Assembly (NCBI GenBank): GCA_951406725.2
Contig: OX597837.1
Span: forward strand, 16,182,001 to 16,246,000
Direction of reading: 5' to 3'
Origin: Octopus vulgaris
Taxonomy: Eukaryota
Length of the DNA: 64,000 bases
In this document: positions 1 through 15,706 of the stretch, one piece after another
How the letters are laid out: each line of letters starts with the position of its first letter
Numbering within the stretch: the stretch's first letter is position 1
Translations under genes and position numbers: made by a program
Notes under the pieces: generated by a model
Databases searched by the model: none
What the model was told of the DNA's origin: nothing
The model's input: the letters and a program-made list of their open reading frames with translations, nothing else

Positions 1-652
1 CCGTAGCAGGTTTACTCGGTTATTTACAGCTGAGTGCATTGGAACAACATGAAATGAAGTGCTTTGCTCAAGACCGATCCAGGAAGCGAAATCCCGATCT
101 TACGATTTAGAGTGCAACACCCTGACCACTAGGCCACCTGCCTTCACAGGCGAGAAGAAATGAATTCAAATAACATTGTGTAACACGATTTTTGTCCTTG
201 GGCAGCAAGTGTTATTTGCTTTCTCTCGAGAGAGAATGAAAAATGGCTGATATTTCCTTCAAACTTTGCTTTTGTTATTCAAATTCCAAAGAATCCCTCT
301 CAACGCATGGCTACGATGCTCCCCCACTGCTCCTACTCATCATCAGAGATGCACATATTGTCCACCACCAAGGGACATGCTCAAGAGGTTAATGTCAAGC
401 AACTGACAATCAAATCTGTGCAGAATATTTCCTATGAGATATTTCTGCTTCGGCAACTTTGTGCTGAATCGATTTGAAATGTAATGGGAAATAAATCAGT
501 TTCAAAAGAACCAGAGAAATGCTTCCCAACCAAATGGTTTTGCCTCCAGCCTCACTGGGCGGCGGCGCCTTGGCCAAGTGTTTTCTGTTATTAATCCGGG
601 TCGACTAAAGCTTTGTGAGTCGTTTGGAAGAAACAAAGAAGCTCGTCGTACA

Positions 653-741
<89 letters not shown>

Positions 742-1024
742 TAAACGACAACCAATGAAAACACTCGGAACAGTTTTGATCTCTCAGTTGCCATCTCACT
801 TTGATCTCAGAATGCCTCCAAGAAAGTTCTCCTGTCCAAGTAAAGAATCATTGCTCTCTATCATGGGAAATGCATTATTTTCTGAAACTACTTCTGAAAC
901 TTTTTCTACGCCTGTATCGCAATGATATCATTGTTAATAAAGACAACCGAAAGTGCTTCATTTCCAGAATGTCTCTTCTCTACATATTTTTAGACTTTAG
1001 AGTCCACGTTTGCCTGGCGTTAAG

Positions 1025-1280
1025 GATAGGTGAATAATGCTTGATAGGTGAATAATGCTTGATAGGTGAATAATGCTTGATAGGTGAATAATGCTTGATT
1101 GGTGAATAATGCTTGATAGGTGAATAATGCTTGATAGGTGAATAATGCTTGATTGGTGAATAATGCTTGATAGGTGAATAATGCTTGATAGGTGAATAAT
1201 GCTTGATTGGTGAATAATGCTTGATAGGTGAATAATGCTTGATAGGTGAATAATGCTTGATTGGTGAATAATGCTTGATA
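1025..1280. repeat. 18-bp minisatellite, 14 copies (GATAGGTGAATAATGCTT / GATTGG variant)
   Basis: Direct reading. Period 18, with the variant unit at 1097, 1151, 1205 and 1259. Confidence 0.97.
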
Positions 1281-1454
1281 ACGATGCAGTTGTCGATTAA
1301 TTAAAGTTATTGTGCTCGCTACATTGGAGATTTTTTAGCACATGCTCCACTACGATCTTATTGATAATTGCAAACCTTGTTCTCTCTCTCCCTCCTCTCC
1401 CCTCTCCCTCTATCTCTCTCTTTCTCTGTATACATGCATAAATGTGTGTATATG

Positions 1455-1554
<100 letters not shown>

Positions 1555-2544
1555 CTGAGAAAAAGATAGAGAGAGACAAAAACAGAGATACTCAGACCCG
1601 CACAAATGTCTGTATGTGTGTGTATATGTGATTGCATGTTTATATGTACGCATGCATGTATGTATGCATGTTCTATACTGGCCCGTTGTCTTCAAGTTGT
1701 GTGGTTGGCTCTAACGCGTCAGAGTCTTAAGTCTTTAGTATCGGCTAAATGAGCCGTAAAGCCGTGCAATTGTCTGCTATCAAAGAAATTTGTTTGTGAA
1801 CCGTATAAAACATACATACATTCATACATACATACATACATACATACATACATACATACATACATACATACATACATACATACATACATACATACATACA
1901 TACGTGTATATATACATATATATACATACATACACACACACATACATACACATATGAAACCACATTTATGGAAGCTAAAGTAGATTTATTATCCAAACTT
2001 TATTCGAAACATATTAGTGACCAATAAGAGGAGGAGAGAGACAAATACCCTCTCGTATTTGGTGCATAGTCTTAATTGGTGCGTTGACAAATGTTTAGTG
2101 CTGTGTTGTAGCTACGATCAATCTACACCACATAGATCCTTTGATGGTGACGGTTTCTTCGAGTCTGAAGAACATGGAATAGAGAGGCACGCCTTAATGT
2201 GCTTTTGCAAACCGATCTCTGACATCGCAGGGCTTATCTTCGTGTCTGCATTTAGCAGTTTTAAAGTGAGAATCAGCTGGCACAACCTGGTCCCACTATT
2301 TAAAGCGGTCTGATCAAAGTGGCTCAGCGGGCTAAGACGACTGCGGTGACCAGCAAGCTAGGTTTTACGTTGGAGTGTCCATCCCCTAGGTGGATTGCCT
2401 TAAATGATTGGATGGCTCTATCAACCCAGGAGTTGCCGGAAGAGTGTCAAAGAGGGAACCGGACTGCGTGAGAGGCTCCGCCCCTTGATTTGCACTTGTA
2501 ATGCACGAATTATCCGGTCGATTTCTCTTTCTGAAAACCTCAGT

Positions 2545-2910
2545 TTATTCCAGATTCTCCTTTAAGCATTTACTAATAAAACCTAGTGCTCTAATTATTA
2601 TTGGTAAGATGAGGAATTCATAGTCTGGGTATAGAAGCTGGAGATTTCGAAGCAGTTGTCCATAGATATCCTCTTTTTCTTTAATTTCCAAAGAGATATT
2701 GATATCTTCAGGGCAGCTAACCTCTATGATGGTACATGTCCCAAACAACAATATCCGGCCTGTTATGTTTACATTTGACAAAAGTTTTGATGGGAATATT
2801 CCACCAGTATTCCTTGAGTTGGTGTTTATGAAGGTATTCCATAACCGAGGGATTTTCTAAGTTTATTTCAGGACAGTCTTTTTTGCGGATGCTATTTCTA
2901 AGAGGATCAG
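2545..2910 (-). mobile_element. R4/Dong-type non-LTR retrotransposon fragment (restriction-like endonuclease region)
   Basis: EYWWNIPIKTFVKCKHNRPDIVVWD and CTIIEVSCPEDINISLEIKEKEDIYGQL...LPIIIRALG give the RPD...E..P...K PD-(D/E)xK RLE motif. Frameshifted. Confidence 0.8.
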
Positions 2911-3215
2911 TAACCATGTAGAGATCCCGCTGGTCAGATCATACATACAAATATATAAGACATTAGTGTACGAACCAAGGGAGATTTTGCTGCTATTTCT
3001 ACGGTCTGCCTGCCTAGACGTGGCCTCTCTCGTCGTCTCCGATAATAAAAATGTTGACACAGAATGCCACTAGGGTTTGCTATAAATACCTTCTATACGC
3101 AATTATAAACATTTGCGTTCACTATACATACCTTAAAGTCATATAAACACACCGACACATCCATATACGTATAGATGTGTATATAATCTCTCTCTCCCTC
3201 CTTTTCTCTTTCTCC

Positions 3216-3264
<49 letters not shown>

Positions 3265-3349
3265 ATATTGACACTCTTCATACACTATATCTCTATCTCA
3301 ACTTACTTTACTCTCTCTAGTAATCTCTCTCTGTGTCTCTGTCTGTCGG

Positions 3350-3384
<35 letters not shown>

Positions 3385-3431
3385 ATATATATATGTATAT
3401 ATATATGTGTGTATGTATGTATGTATGTATA

Positions 3432-3839
3432 TTGGGTCATCTCATAAATATTGTGGGCTTTTTTTTCAACTGCATGAACTAAAAGTCGCAGGGGGACGGG
3501 ATAAACTACCTGCATCAACTTGCTATAAAAGGAGGTAGTAATTTTACCTTGTACTTATTCTTAGTGCAAGTTTTGAAGAGTGCAGTTTGATTATAACAGT
3601 TATTTCTTTCAAAGCTATAATGGAAGTAACAAAGGAGCATATTTGGCATATTTTGCTTTATGAGTTCAATAAAGGCAACAACGCAACGGAAAGTGCGAGG
3701 AATATTAATGCTGTAAATGGGGATCGGACAATAAGCGTAGGCCAGTGTCAACGGTGGTTCCAGAAATTCCGAGCTGGAAGCTACAGCCTAGAAGGTGAAC
3801 CTCATCCTGGAAAATCTGTAGAGCTCAACGAGGACGTCA
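3432..3839 (+). mobile_element. Truncated mariner transposon (5' TIR and transposase HTH)
   Basis: TA followed by TTGGGTCATCTCATAAAT (TIR-like). ATG at 3620 gives MEVTKEHIWHILLYEFNKGNNATESARNINAVNGDRTISVGQCQRWFQKFRAGSYSLEGEPHPG, a mariner N-terminal HTH. Confidence 0.9.
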
Positions 3840-3907
3840 ATCGGCTTCTTATCCCTTTCTGAAGAGATTTTATATACATAAAATCTCTTCAGAAAGGGAT
3901 AAGAAGC

Positions 3908-3911
<4 letters not shown>
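3840..3911. repeat. Perfect 34-bp-arm palindrome abutting (TA)n
   Basis: atcggcttcttatccctttctgaagagattttat-atac-ataaaatctcttcagaaagggataagaagccgat. Confidence 0.95.
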
Positions 3912-3966
<55 letters not shown>

Positions 3967-4154
3967 AAATGAGAAAATGGAGAAATATATCTAAATCAAT
4001 AATCATCAACTGTCAGATAGTACCGAATCATATACTTTATTAAACCACTACACAATAGCAATGATATTAACATAAATACAGTACAATAATTACAATCAAT
4101 AAGGTGAAATATAACTAAATAAATATAACAAGACATAAAATACATTTACATTGT

Positions 4155-4270
4155 AGCTGACAGCTGTTTCGGCCATGAAGACAGGTATGTCTCATTTAAC
4201 CTATTAGCCATATAATGCAGGTATAAATGAGACATTAACAAGAATATCTTACGGCCTCTTCAGAGATTCT
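4155..4270 (-). ncRNA. Hammerhead-ribozyme-like motif (type I minimal) in a (TA)n-flanked Penelope-like element
   Basis: Minus strand: CTGAAGA-GGCCG...(internal hairpin tgtctcattta/taaatgagaca)...TGGCC-GAAA-C-AGCT-G-TC. Intact catalytic core and palindromic loop III, but stem I is weak. Confidence 0.55.
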
Positions 4271-4545
4271 AATGCAAGTATGAGTACAAATCCTAAATAA
4301 TTTACATATAAATATAAATATGAGTGCATACATACTCATATTCTTACATATATATATATACACAATAATACAATATAAACAATATAGATCAATATGCATC
4401 AACAAATACAATAATATTCCATATTGAACTCCACAGCTCCTCAACTAACATCAAGAAACCACAACAGACACACTCACACTCAATGCAGGCATATATATTA
4501 AACAGTTCGATATATTAAAATGTGTCTATACCATCCAAGGCAAGT

Positions 4546-4606
<61 letters not shown>

Positions 4607-4613
<7 letters not shown>

Positions 4614-4970
4614 AATAGTAAAAAGTGAAAAAACTACAGAAGGCTTAAATGTTAAAAAATATATATTTGCGTCAATATGTCTGAAGAATACTAAAAAAAT
4701 TTTTCTCTTATAATGACATAATTTTGAAGAAAGACCGGTTTCGCATTTAGCTTTTCAAATTTCTTACGACGTTATGTGTGTGTGTATATATATATATAAA
4801 CATAACGTCGTAAGAAATTTGAAAAACTAAATGCGAAACCGGTTTTTCTTCAAAACTATGTCATTATAAGAGAAAAAAATGTTTAATATTCTTCAGACAT
4901 ATTGACGCAAATATATATTTTTTAACATTTAAGCCTTCTGTAGTTTTTTCACTTTTTACTATTTTCTATA
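4607..4970. mobile_element. Near-perfect palindrome with ~170-bp arms, (TG)/(TA) centre and (TA)n flanks; putative inverted Penelope-like terminal repeats
   Basis: Arms ~4607-4778 and ~4800-4970 are reverse complements with few mismatches. Each arm carries a degenerate HHR-like motif AAGAAA-t-TTGAAAA-GC..GC-GAAACCGGTY-TTTCTT. Confidence 0.65.
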
Positions 4971-5002
4971 TATTCAACCACGTGCTTTCACAAACCAACT
5001 TT

Positions 5003-5052
<50 letters not shown>

Positions 5053-5075
5053 TATAGATATAGATATAGATATAG

Positions 5076-5110
<35 letters not shown>

Positions 5111-5153
5111 TGTATATATGTATATTATGTATATGTGTGTGTGTGTATGTATG

Positions 5154-5204
<51 letters not shown>

Positions 5205-6609
5205 TTTGTATGTAACTTCAGAATGGTGCCCCAGGATGAAGTCAAGCCAGCTATGGCTTTGATCATGCTCGACACATCCCCGAACTCCCTTCTTCTCAGC
5301 TCTTTCTCATCTTATAATGTTTGTAGGAATGTTTTTTCTTTATAAGCAAATACACAATATTTTTGTTTATCAAAGTAAATGTTAACATGGTTTACACTAA
5401 GATGGTATTTAGAGAAATATTTTATATTATCAATTTACTTTAAGATTGCCAACTGCCTACCCTGAGGATTTAGTCACGACACGTGCCAGCTACGTGCAAA
5501 AATTTAGTAAAAGCTATCCATTGTCTACAAAACACCAACAACACAACAACAAGTTCGGTCTGGGGAACATGTGCTGTCGTCATAGAAACCGATCGCCCCA
5601 GTAGCTTCTTGTCCATTTTGTTATTTGAACCTTAGCTCAAAGTCTACGTTTACCTCGATAACATCTGATATGTTAAGAATATGATATCTAACTGCGGCAT
5701 TTTTGCCAAGTAGAGTCTCGTTTCACACTGGATATAATTCCATCCACACCGAGGTTCATGTTGTTGTTTGACCCCGGGTCAAATCTGATCCAGTAGAATT
5801 CTGCAATCAAAAGTGTTCACCGGTTAAGGACATCGTACTTTCCTATTCAGGTACAGTATATCGCCAAACTAAAGATGCACCTTCCAGACACAGGCCCCTA
5901 ATGACATGCTAGGGCTGCTACCTTGAAAGGTTTATGTGAACAAATCCACCCTGGTACTTATTCTTAAACCTAGCCCCTATTTTATCTGTTACTTTCACCG
6001 AACCGTTAAGTTACTTAAAAAAAAAAGGAAGGGCATATTAAATATGCAACGTTTGTCACGAGGTGAATGCTTGTGGTCGTAGATCTGATCGAATGGATTT
6101 GGGTTGGAGGTTAAATAACTCATGTATGTATCCTTACGTGTATATAATAGAATATATATGAATAGATTCAGATGAATTAGGTTCTTAAGTTGAGGCACCA
6201 GAATTTCTCTGGATATCTTTGTTGCTTATTTTCATATATATCCATAGCGTTTTATAATTCTTATTGGAAAATGGATCTCGAAGTGCATCTAAAGCTATAA
6301 ATAATAAATATTTGGGTTGAAAGACGTTTTAAGATAGAAAAAGTTAATGATTACCCGAGGAACTCGTGCCCACATCTGTAGATATAACCGACGTTCTACC
6401 ATTGGACCCAACCAATCCTTCGAATCTATTTCTCCAATTTAGAAACGTTATTCTTCCCAGCGAATCTTGTCGACGTCAAACGAATTTAGAAACTTTTGAG
6501 AGAAAATGCAAAAATTATATGTATTTCGAGATTCTGTTCCAAAAGATAATTATTTCATCTTCTGTCGAAACTTTATTCTTATGACGTCAGAAATAATATT
6601 TTATATGTC

Positions 6610-6665
<56 letters not shown>

Positions 6666-6854
6666 TGTTTGAGTCTGAGTTACTTTCCCACCCAGCCACC
6701 GCTTGACAACCGGTGTTCCTTGGCTTCCATCACTGAAGCTTAGCGATAGGATGAATACCAAACTTTAGTAAAATACGTACTGGGGACGATTTGTTGAGCA
6801 AAAACCCGTCAAGGCGGTGCACCAGCATCGCCGCAATCCAATGACTGAAAGTAA

Positions 6855-6907
<53 letters not shown>

Positions 6908-6914
6908 TCTTTAC

Positions 6915-7218
6915 TCTTTTATCTTTTATCTGTTTCAGTCATTAGACTGTGGCCATGCTGGAACACCACCTTTAGTCGAACAGTTCGAACCCAGGACATA
7001 TTCTTTGTAACCCCAGTACTTACTTTATCGGTCTCTTTTGCCGAGCTGCTGAGTTACGGGTATGTAAACACACCATCATCGGTTGTCCAATGATGGTGAG
7101 GGACAAACACAGGCACACAAACATACACATACATATATATATACACACACACACACACTCACACATACACACATACATACATACATACCTACATACTTAC
7201 ATACATACATACATATAT

Positions 7219-7276
<58 letters not shown>

Positions 7277-7420
7277 GCGACGGGCTTCTTTCCACTCACA
7301 AGGCTTTGGTCGGCCCGAGGCTATAGTAGAAAACAACAATTGCCCAAAGTGCCAGGCAATGGGACTGAACTTAGAACCATGTGGTTGGGAAGCAAGCTAG
7401 TTACCACACAGCCACTCCTG
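6915..7420 (-). mobile_element. Full-length tRNA-derived SINE (family A) with an internal microsatellite
   Basis: Head GGAGTGGCTGTGTGGTAA...GGTTCTAAGTTCAGTCCC (A/B-box-like) and tail ...CCAGCATGGCCACAGTCTAATGACTGAAAC. The same family recurs many times in the window. Confidence 0.85.
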
Positions 7421-7641
7421 CAGTGCAATATATTATTGCACTGTTTTCATTCAGAGCAATGCCGCCAAGCGGTGTCATTGCCTCAAGGGTTTTCTTAGTC
7501 GGTCATATACTTGGGCGGCGGGGGTAGACCTTGAGGTGTATTCATACATTCATAACACATACATTCATGCGCACATGCATACACTCATACATAAATGCAT
7601 ACATACATACATACACACATACATACACACACACACATACA

Positions 7642-7672
<31 letters not shown>

Positions 7673-7846
7673 CTAATTGAAAATATTATCTACGTATAAA
7701 AGTGTCACAACAGGATTCTTGGATTGGAATGTCGGGGCGCCAGAAGATTCAATTGTTCATACTCATTTGAACCTAGATCCATCTCCTATTCTGGTTCTTC
7801 CGCCACCTCCACAAACACTTATCTTCCCTAAATTAGATACATCTCT

Positions 7847-7885
<39 letters not shown>

Positions 7886-8010
7886 TCTCTCTCTCCCTCT
7901 CTCTCCCCGAGATGATTTTACCGTCGTCATCTGACAATTTGACGTCTAACTACTAGAATAGCTGGTTATATCGCTCTCACACAACTGGGACAATGATTAC
8001 CCACTTATAT

Positions 8011-8116
<106 letters not shown>

Positions 8117-8170
8117 GCATATATGTAAATATACATATATATATGTACATATGAATATATATATACACAC

Positions 8171-8210
<40 letters not shown>

Positions 8211-8293
8211 GCATATATATATGAATATACATATACAAATATATATACGTACACACAGAAAATAAATGGAAATATATATGTATACATACATAC

Positions 8294-8336
<43 letters not shown>

Positions 8337-8436
8337 CATATATACATATGTATATATATATATATGAAAATTCATCTTTAGGTGACATTTATGAGGGCAT
8401 ATATTTGTGATGGGTGTATATTTATGTGCAGGCAGA

Positions 8437-8582
<146 letters not shown>

Positions 8583-8788
8583 TCCGACTAGTCTATGTTT
8601 AGCACAGCATGATATCGAACGAATTACCAAAATCTAGTAAACCATTAACGAAATTCTGCGTTTAATAATGATTAAACCTGGAGATCATATATATAACATG
8701 TATGCACACACATATATACATGCATAACATCCATACACACAAGTACTTACAATCAACCATAAATATATACATAACATACATACATACA

Positions 8789-8822
<34 letters not shown>

Positions 8823-8910
8823 CATACATACATATATAACATACATACATGCATACATTCAACATGCACACAAGTAAGCGTGTGTGAGAGACTACATATA
8901 TGTGTGTATA

Positions 8911-8976
<66 letters not shown>

Positions 8977-9042
8977 TAAACACATAAATGTGAAACAAGG
9001 TGGAAAAAAGAGTACTCAAATACCAGTGGTAGAGTAATATGC

Positions 9043-9177
9043 TTTATTTAAAGCAACAGAAAATTCAACAAAACCTGTTACTCTGAGTTTCCCGTTTTCT
9101 AGCAAACTGTCCGATGAACGGCAACGGGAAACTCAGAGTAACAGGTTTTGTTGAATTTTCTGCTGCTTTGAATAAAG
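9043..9177 (+). ncRNA. ~55-bp-arm inverted repeat containing a minimal type I hammerhead-like motif (9107-9144)
   Basis: CTGT-CCGATGA-ACG-GCAA-CGG-GAAA-CT-CAG-AG-TA-ACAG: stem I CTGT/ACAG, GNRA-capped stem II, stem III ACT/AGT. The core carries U4C. Flanked by (TA)n. Confidence 0.6.
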
Positions 9178-9185
9178 TATATATA

Positions 9186-9237
<52 letters not shown>

Positions 9238-9587
9238 TGTATGTGTATATGTGTGAGTAAAAGATATGTATGCATATATATGTATGTGCGTGTGTATGTT
9301 CGAGCGAATGTGTGCGTGTGCACGCGTGTTGCTTGCGTGTGCGTGCACATGTGTGTGTCATTGTGTGCATGTATATATTGACGTATATGAATATATGTTA
9401 AATATATGTCTATGGCAGAATCGGTAGTCGTCGGACAAAATGCTCGGTGGCTTCTCTTCGAACCTTACGTGTTAAGCTCAAATGCCACCGCAGACCTTTA
9501 GGAATATACCATAAAATAAAAGACGAAGACGGGTGGTGTAAACAAAAAACAGATGCATTAGTTTAACGCTTGGGAAGTGAGAAAGTA

Positions 9588-9621
9588 TTTTACGTTTCGA
9601 GCCTATGCTCTTCGACAGAAA
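9588..9621 (-). ncRNA. Degenerate minimal hammerhead-like motif
   Basis: Minus strand TTT-CTGTCGA-A-GAGC-ATAG-GCTC-GAAAC-GTA-AAA. Confidence 0.45.
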
Positions 9622-10148
9622 GGAACACAGAAATAAACGGGAAGAGAAAATAGAGAAAGGTTTAGTGGCTAGCGACGAATCATGGCGAATGCTGGACAGA
9701 GGGGCCACACAGGAGAGCTAGGAAGAAGGGGGATAGTAAAGATGTGGTGATCCCAAAATGAAGGTGCGCGTGCGTGTGAATAGGGGCTGGTGATATTGAG
9801 GTGTGCGTGTGTACAACACACTTTATTTCACGTTGCTCCAATCGACTCAGCCGACAAAAATGAGTAGTACTTGTATTTGAAAGGGCCTGCTTTGACACAT
9901 TCTGTGTCACGCTGAATCTCTCTGAGAACTACGTGAAGGGTACACCTGCCTGTGGAGGGCTCAGCCACATGCATTTTAATTTCACGAGCAAGCTGTCCCG
10001 TTGATCGGCTCAACTGGAAGGAATCCTCGTCGTCGTAAGCGTATACATATGCGTAGACATATGGAAACATACATATACATATATATACAAATATATGCAT
10101 GCATGCATAATTATATATATTTGTATATATACATGTATATATATATAC

Positions 10149-10236
<88 letters not shown>

Positions 10237-10406
10237 GTAGTAATAGAATGGCAACAAAGGAATGAATGAAACCTCGATATTATGTAAATAGAGGAATTTA
10301 TCTGTAATATAATATGTGACAATTATTCGGTTGCTATAATCCAAGTTTCGGATGTCGAGGCGGAAATCTGCTCCGGCATCCCGTTAGTTATTAACATGTG
10401 TATGTT

Positions 10407-10466
<60 letters not shown>

Positions 10467-10477
10467 TATATGTATAC

Positions 10478-10518
<41 letters not shown>

Positions 10519-10668
10519 CACGCACACACACACATATATATATATATATAAAATGAATTAGAGATAAAACCACTATTATGCACTCAAACAGTGATAGACA
10601 TAAACCAATACATAAATAACAAATAATATATATATAATTAAAATTATATATAATAAATAAATAAATAA

Positions 10669-10784
<116 letters not shown>

Positions 10785-11192
10785 GAAAGAATGGAGTCGA
10801 ATGAAGATTTTAACAAAATTCCTTTACTCTCGACACATGTTTCATATAAAAAACACACAAATTTCCACACAAGAACCCGGAGTTTCTACCCTTGACAGGT
10901 CGCTTCAACCGTGTTTTCTGACGTGAATTTGCTACCCAGGTATCGGTTAAACGAATTTTCCATGCTAGGATAATTCATTCACCTACTTAAATATATATAT
11001 ATATATATAAATTTCTTTTTATAATAGTGGTTTTATCTCTAATTCATATTTTATATATTTATACTGTGAAATTTAATCTAATACAAAACTGAATTTTTCC
11101 CTGTAAGTTTGGAGTTATACTCCCTAGTATTATTATTATATATATAACTTACTTGGAAGAGGATGCGTGGCGTTCAATCATATAATAATATA

Positions 11193-11317
<125 letters not shown>

Positions 11318-11598
11318 CCTACATCTATACGTATATATAAGCATATGTTGTTTGTTACTTTTTCCATTTGTGTCTTTCGTTGTTCGAAAGAATAGTTCGT
11401 GTTCCATGGACTCGTACTTCGTACTTTTTTGTTGTACACGTTTCATGACGTCCTGTGCCGACGTATGGTTATATATATATGCGTATAGATGTAAGTATGT
11501 ACATATACGTTTGTATATGTTTCAAAATGTGACCTCGTGTGTACCGTTGGCGATTTTTTTACTCTGTCTTCCCTTCTCTGGATCTTTCCTTCTCCTAT

Positions 11599-11633
11599 GT
11601 TTCCGACGAAGAGCTCCGCTCGAAACGTTAAAT
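11599..11633 (+). ncRNA. Minimal hammerhead-like motif in a (TA)n-flanked element (~11330-11735)
   Basis: GTTT-CCGACGA-A-GAGC-TCC-GCTC-GAAAC-GTTA-AAT. Related to the 9588-9621 motif. Confidence 0.5.
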
Positions 11634-11729
11634 CCTCTCCTTCTTGCTTTCCTTTCCTGAGCGTCCAATGATACTACATTTGTTCCACGTCCTGCGTTGT
11701 TGTGTTTTTTTGTGCTTTCTTGTTTGGAA

Positions 11730-11769
<40 letters not shown>

Positions 11770-11843
11770 TATATATATACATATATATATATATATGCAT
11801 ATATATATATATATGCATATATATATATATATGTATATATATA

Positions 11844-11965
<122 letters not shown>

Positions 11966-12614
11966 CATTGAATTGACCTGATAACTTGACTATGACAAAT
12001 GTTGATAATTACAGCTGAAATGTTGAAGGCGAAACAATCCAGCAGAATAGCCTTGCTGTAACCAATAAGAAACCTGGTGAAAATAAATTTTGTAATTGTA
12101 ATGATAAGCTCAACTGTAAATTTAGAAATTCCTGTAAACGCAATAATTTGGTATATCAGGCTTTTGTTGAATCTGAAGGTAATAATTATTTTTATATTGG
12201 ATTAACTATATTGGATTTATATTGTTTCGATTGTTGCGTGAAATGTGGGCAGAAATTCCACAAGAGACAATTACAAAGCTCATCAGTTCAATGCCAAAAA
12301 GAGTTTCTGAATTAAAAACTGCAAAGGGAATGTCAACTAAATACTAATGTATGTAGTCCTACCTATCGATTGCATTTCAATTGTTCGCTTTGCATATTAA
12401 TTAAGTGATTTTGAAAATTAAAGGTGTCTATTAACTTCCTGCATGTCTGTGTATGTGTGTGTATGTATGTAATGTATGTATATATGTATGTTATGTATGT
12501 ATGTATGTATGCTTGCATGTATGTATGTATGTCCGTATGTATGTGAATGTAGTGTATGTAGTGCATTTCAAATGGTAAAGTTGTTCTTGACGGGATTTGA
12601 ACTCACAATAAAAC

Positions 12615-12694
<80 letters not shown>

Positions 12695-13479
12695 ATGAAA
12701 GCCTTAAAATTCCAGTTCTCTTTCCCACCAAGAGCAAATACATTCTCATGTTCAGAAGCAAGGAATAAAAATTATTTTCCTGATGTAATAATATACACCA
12801 TCATTATTATTATTATTGTTGTTGTTGTTGTTGTTGTTGTTATTATTATTATTCTGCCTATAGTAGAAAGGATTATTGTTGCTGTTGCTCGCTTTATTTT
12901 TCTTTTTTTTTTTTCTTTTCAAAAGTAATTTACGACTAAATGACAGGATGTGCAGAAACGCATGAAAATGCATGGAAGTCACTGGTTGTAAAAATTTAGA
13001 AATAATTTATCGATTCCTTGGTTTTCCTGCAATACTAGACACATTGCTAATCAACTTAATGTGGTTCGATCGGTTTTTCTCCAATGAGGGGCAATTTACA
13101 GTCAGCACTTTTGTCGATGTGGTTTGGTGGTCCGTGACAACGATAAAGACTAAATTATTCTCTCGTGGTTATCCTACAGCCATGAAGAATTCTATGAAAG
13201 CAGCAGCAGCGGCAGCGGCAGCAGCAGCAGCAGCAGCCGTCATGATGAATTATTTGTGTTCGGAGGATTCATTTACCTCGTTGCGTAAAAAATATTTCTG
13301 AAGAGGAACACACAATATCTTTAATTAGGGGAATATCTTTCTCTTAATTGTTATTATTATTTATCATCATCATCATCATCATCATCATTGTCATTGTCAT
13401 TATGATCATCATCATCACCCACCATCGTCGTTGTTATTATCTTCATCATCATCATGATCATTATCATCGTCGTCGTAAA

Positions 13480-15215
<1,736 letters not shown>

Positions 15216-15217
<2 letters not shown>

Positions 15218-15590
15218 TAGTTTTATTTCTATAACGTGCTTTCACTTCACTACCGAGCGCAGCTCTGTGTGCCTTGGGTATGTGCTGTGGTTTGCTGTGA
15301 TGTTTTTATGGTTACTGTATTGAAAGTGTTTTGTGAAGTGCCCTGTTGTGCAATTTTCTGTATGTTATAAATATTTGTAAGTCCTGGTGTTTTTGTTATG
15401 TATTTGTCTGAATATGCTTTTTCTTATCATCCCTAGTGCGCCTGCTATGATAGGAATTGTTTCTGTTTTTTGACTCCACATTCGTGTTACCTCTATTTCC
15501 AGGTCTTTGTATTTTGAAAGTTTCTCCATTTCTTTTAGAGAAGCGTTGTCATCTGTTGATATTGATACATCAATTAGAAAGCATTTCCCC
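15216..15590 (-). mobile_element. 5'-truncated R4/Dong-type LINE 3' end inserted in (TAA)n
   Basis: Minus translation CFLIDVSISTDDNASLKEMEKLSKYKDLEIEVTRMWSQKTETIPIIAGALG (RLE). The 3'UTR ends ...aaaactactg(aat)n, and (TTA)n lies on both sides. Confidence 0.85.
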
Positions 15591-15592
15591 CC

Positions 15593-15654
<62 letters not shown>

Positions 15655-15668
15655 CATTATTATTATTA

Positions 15669-15706
<38 letters not shown>

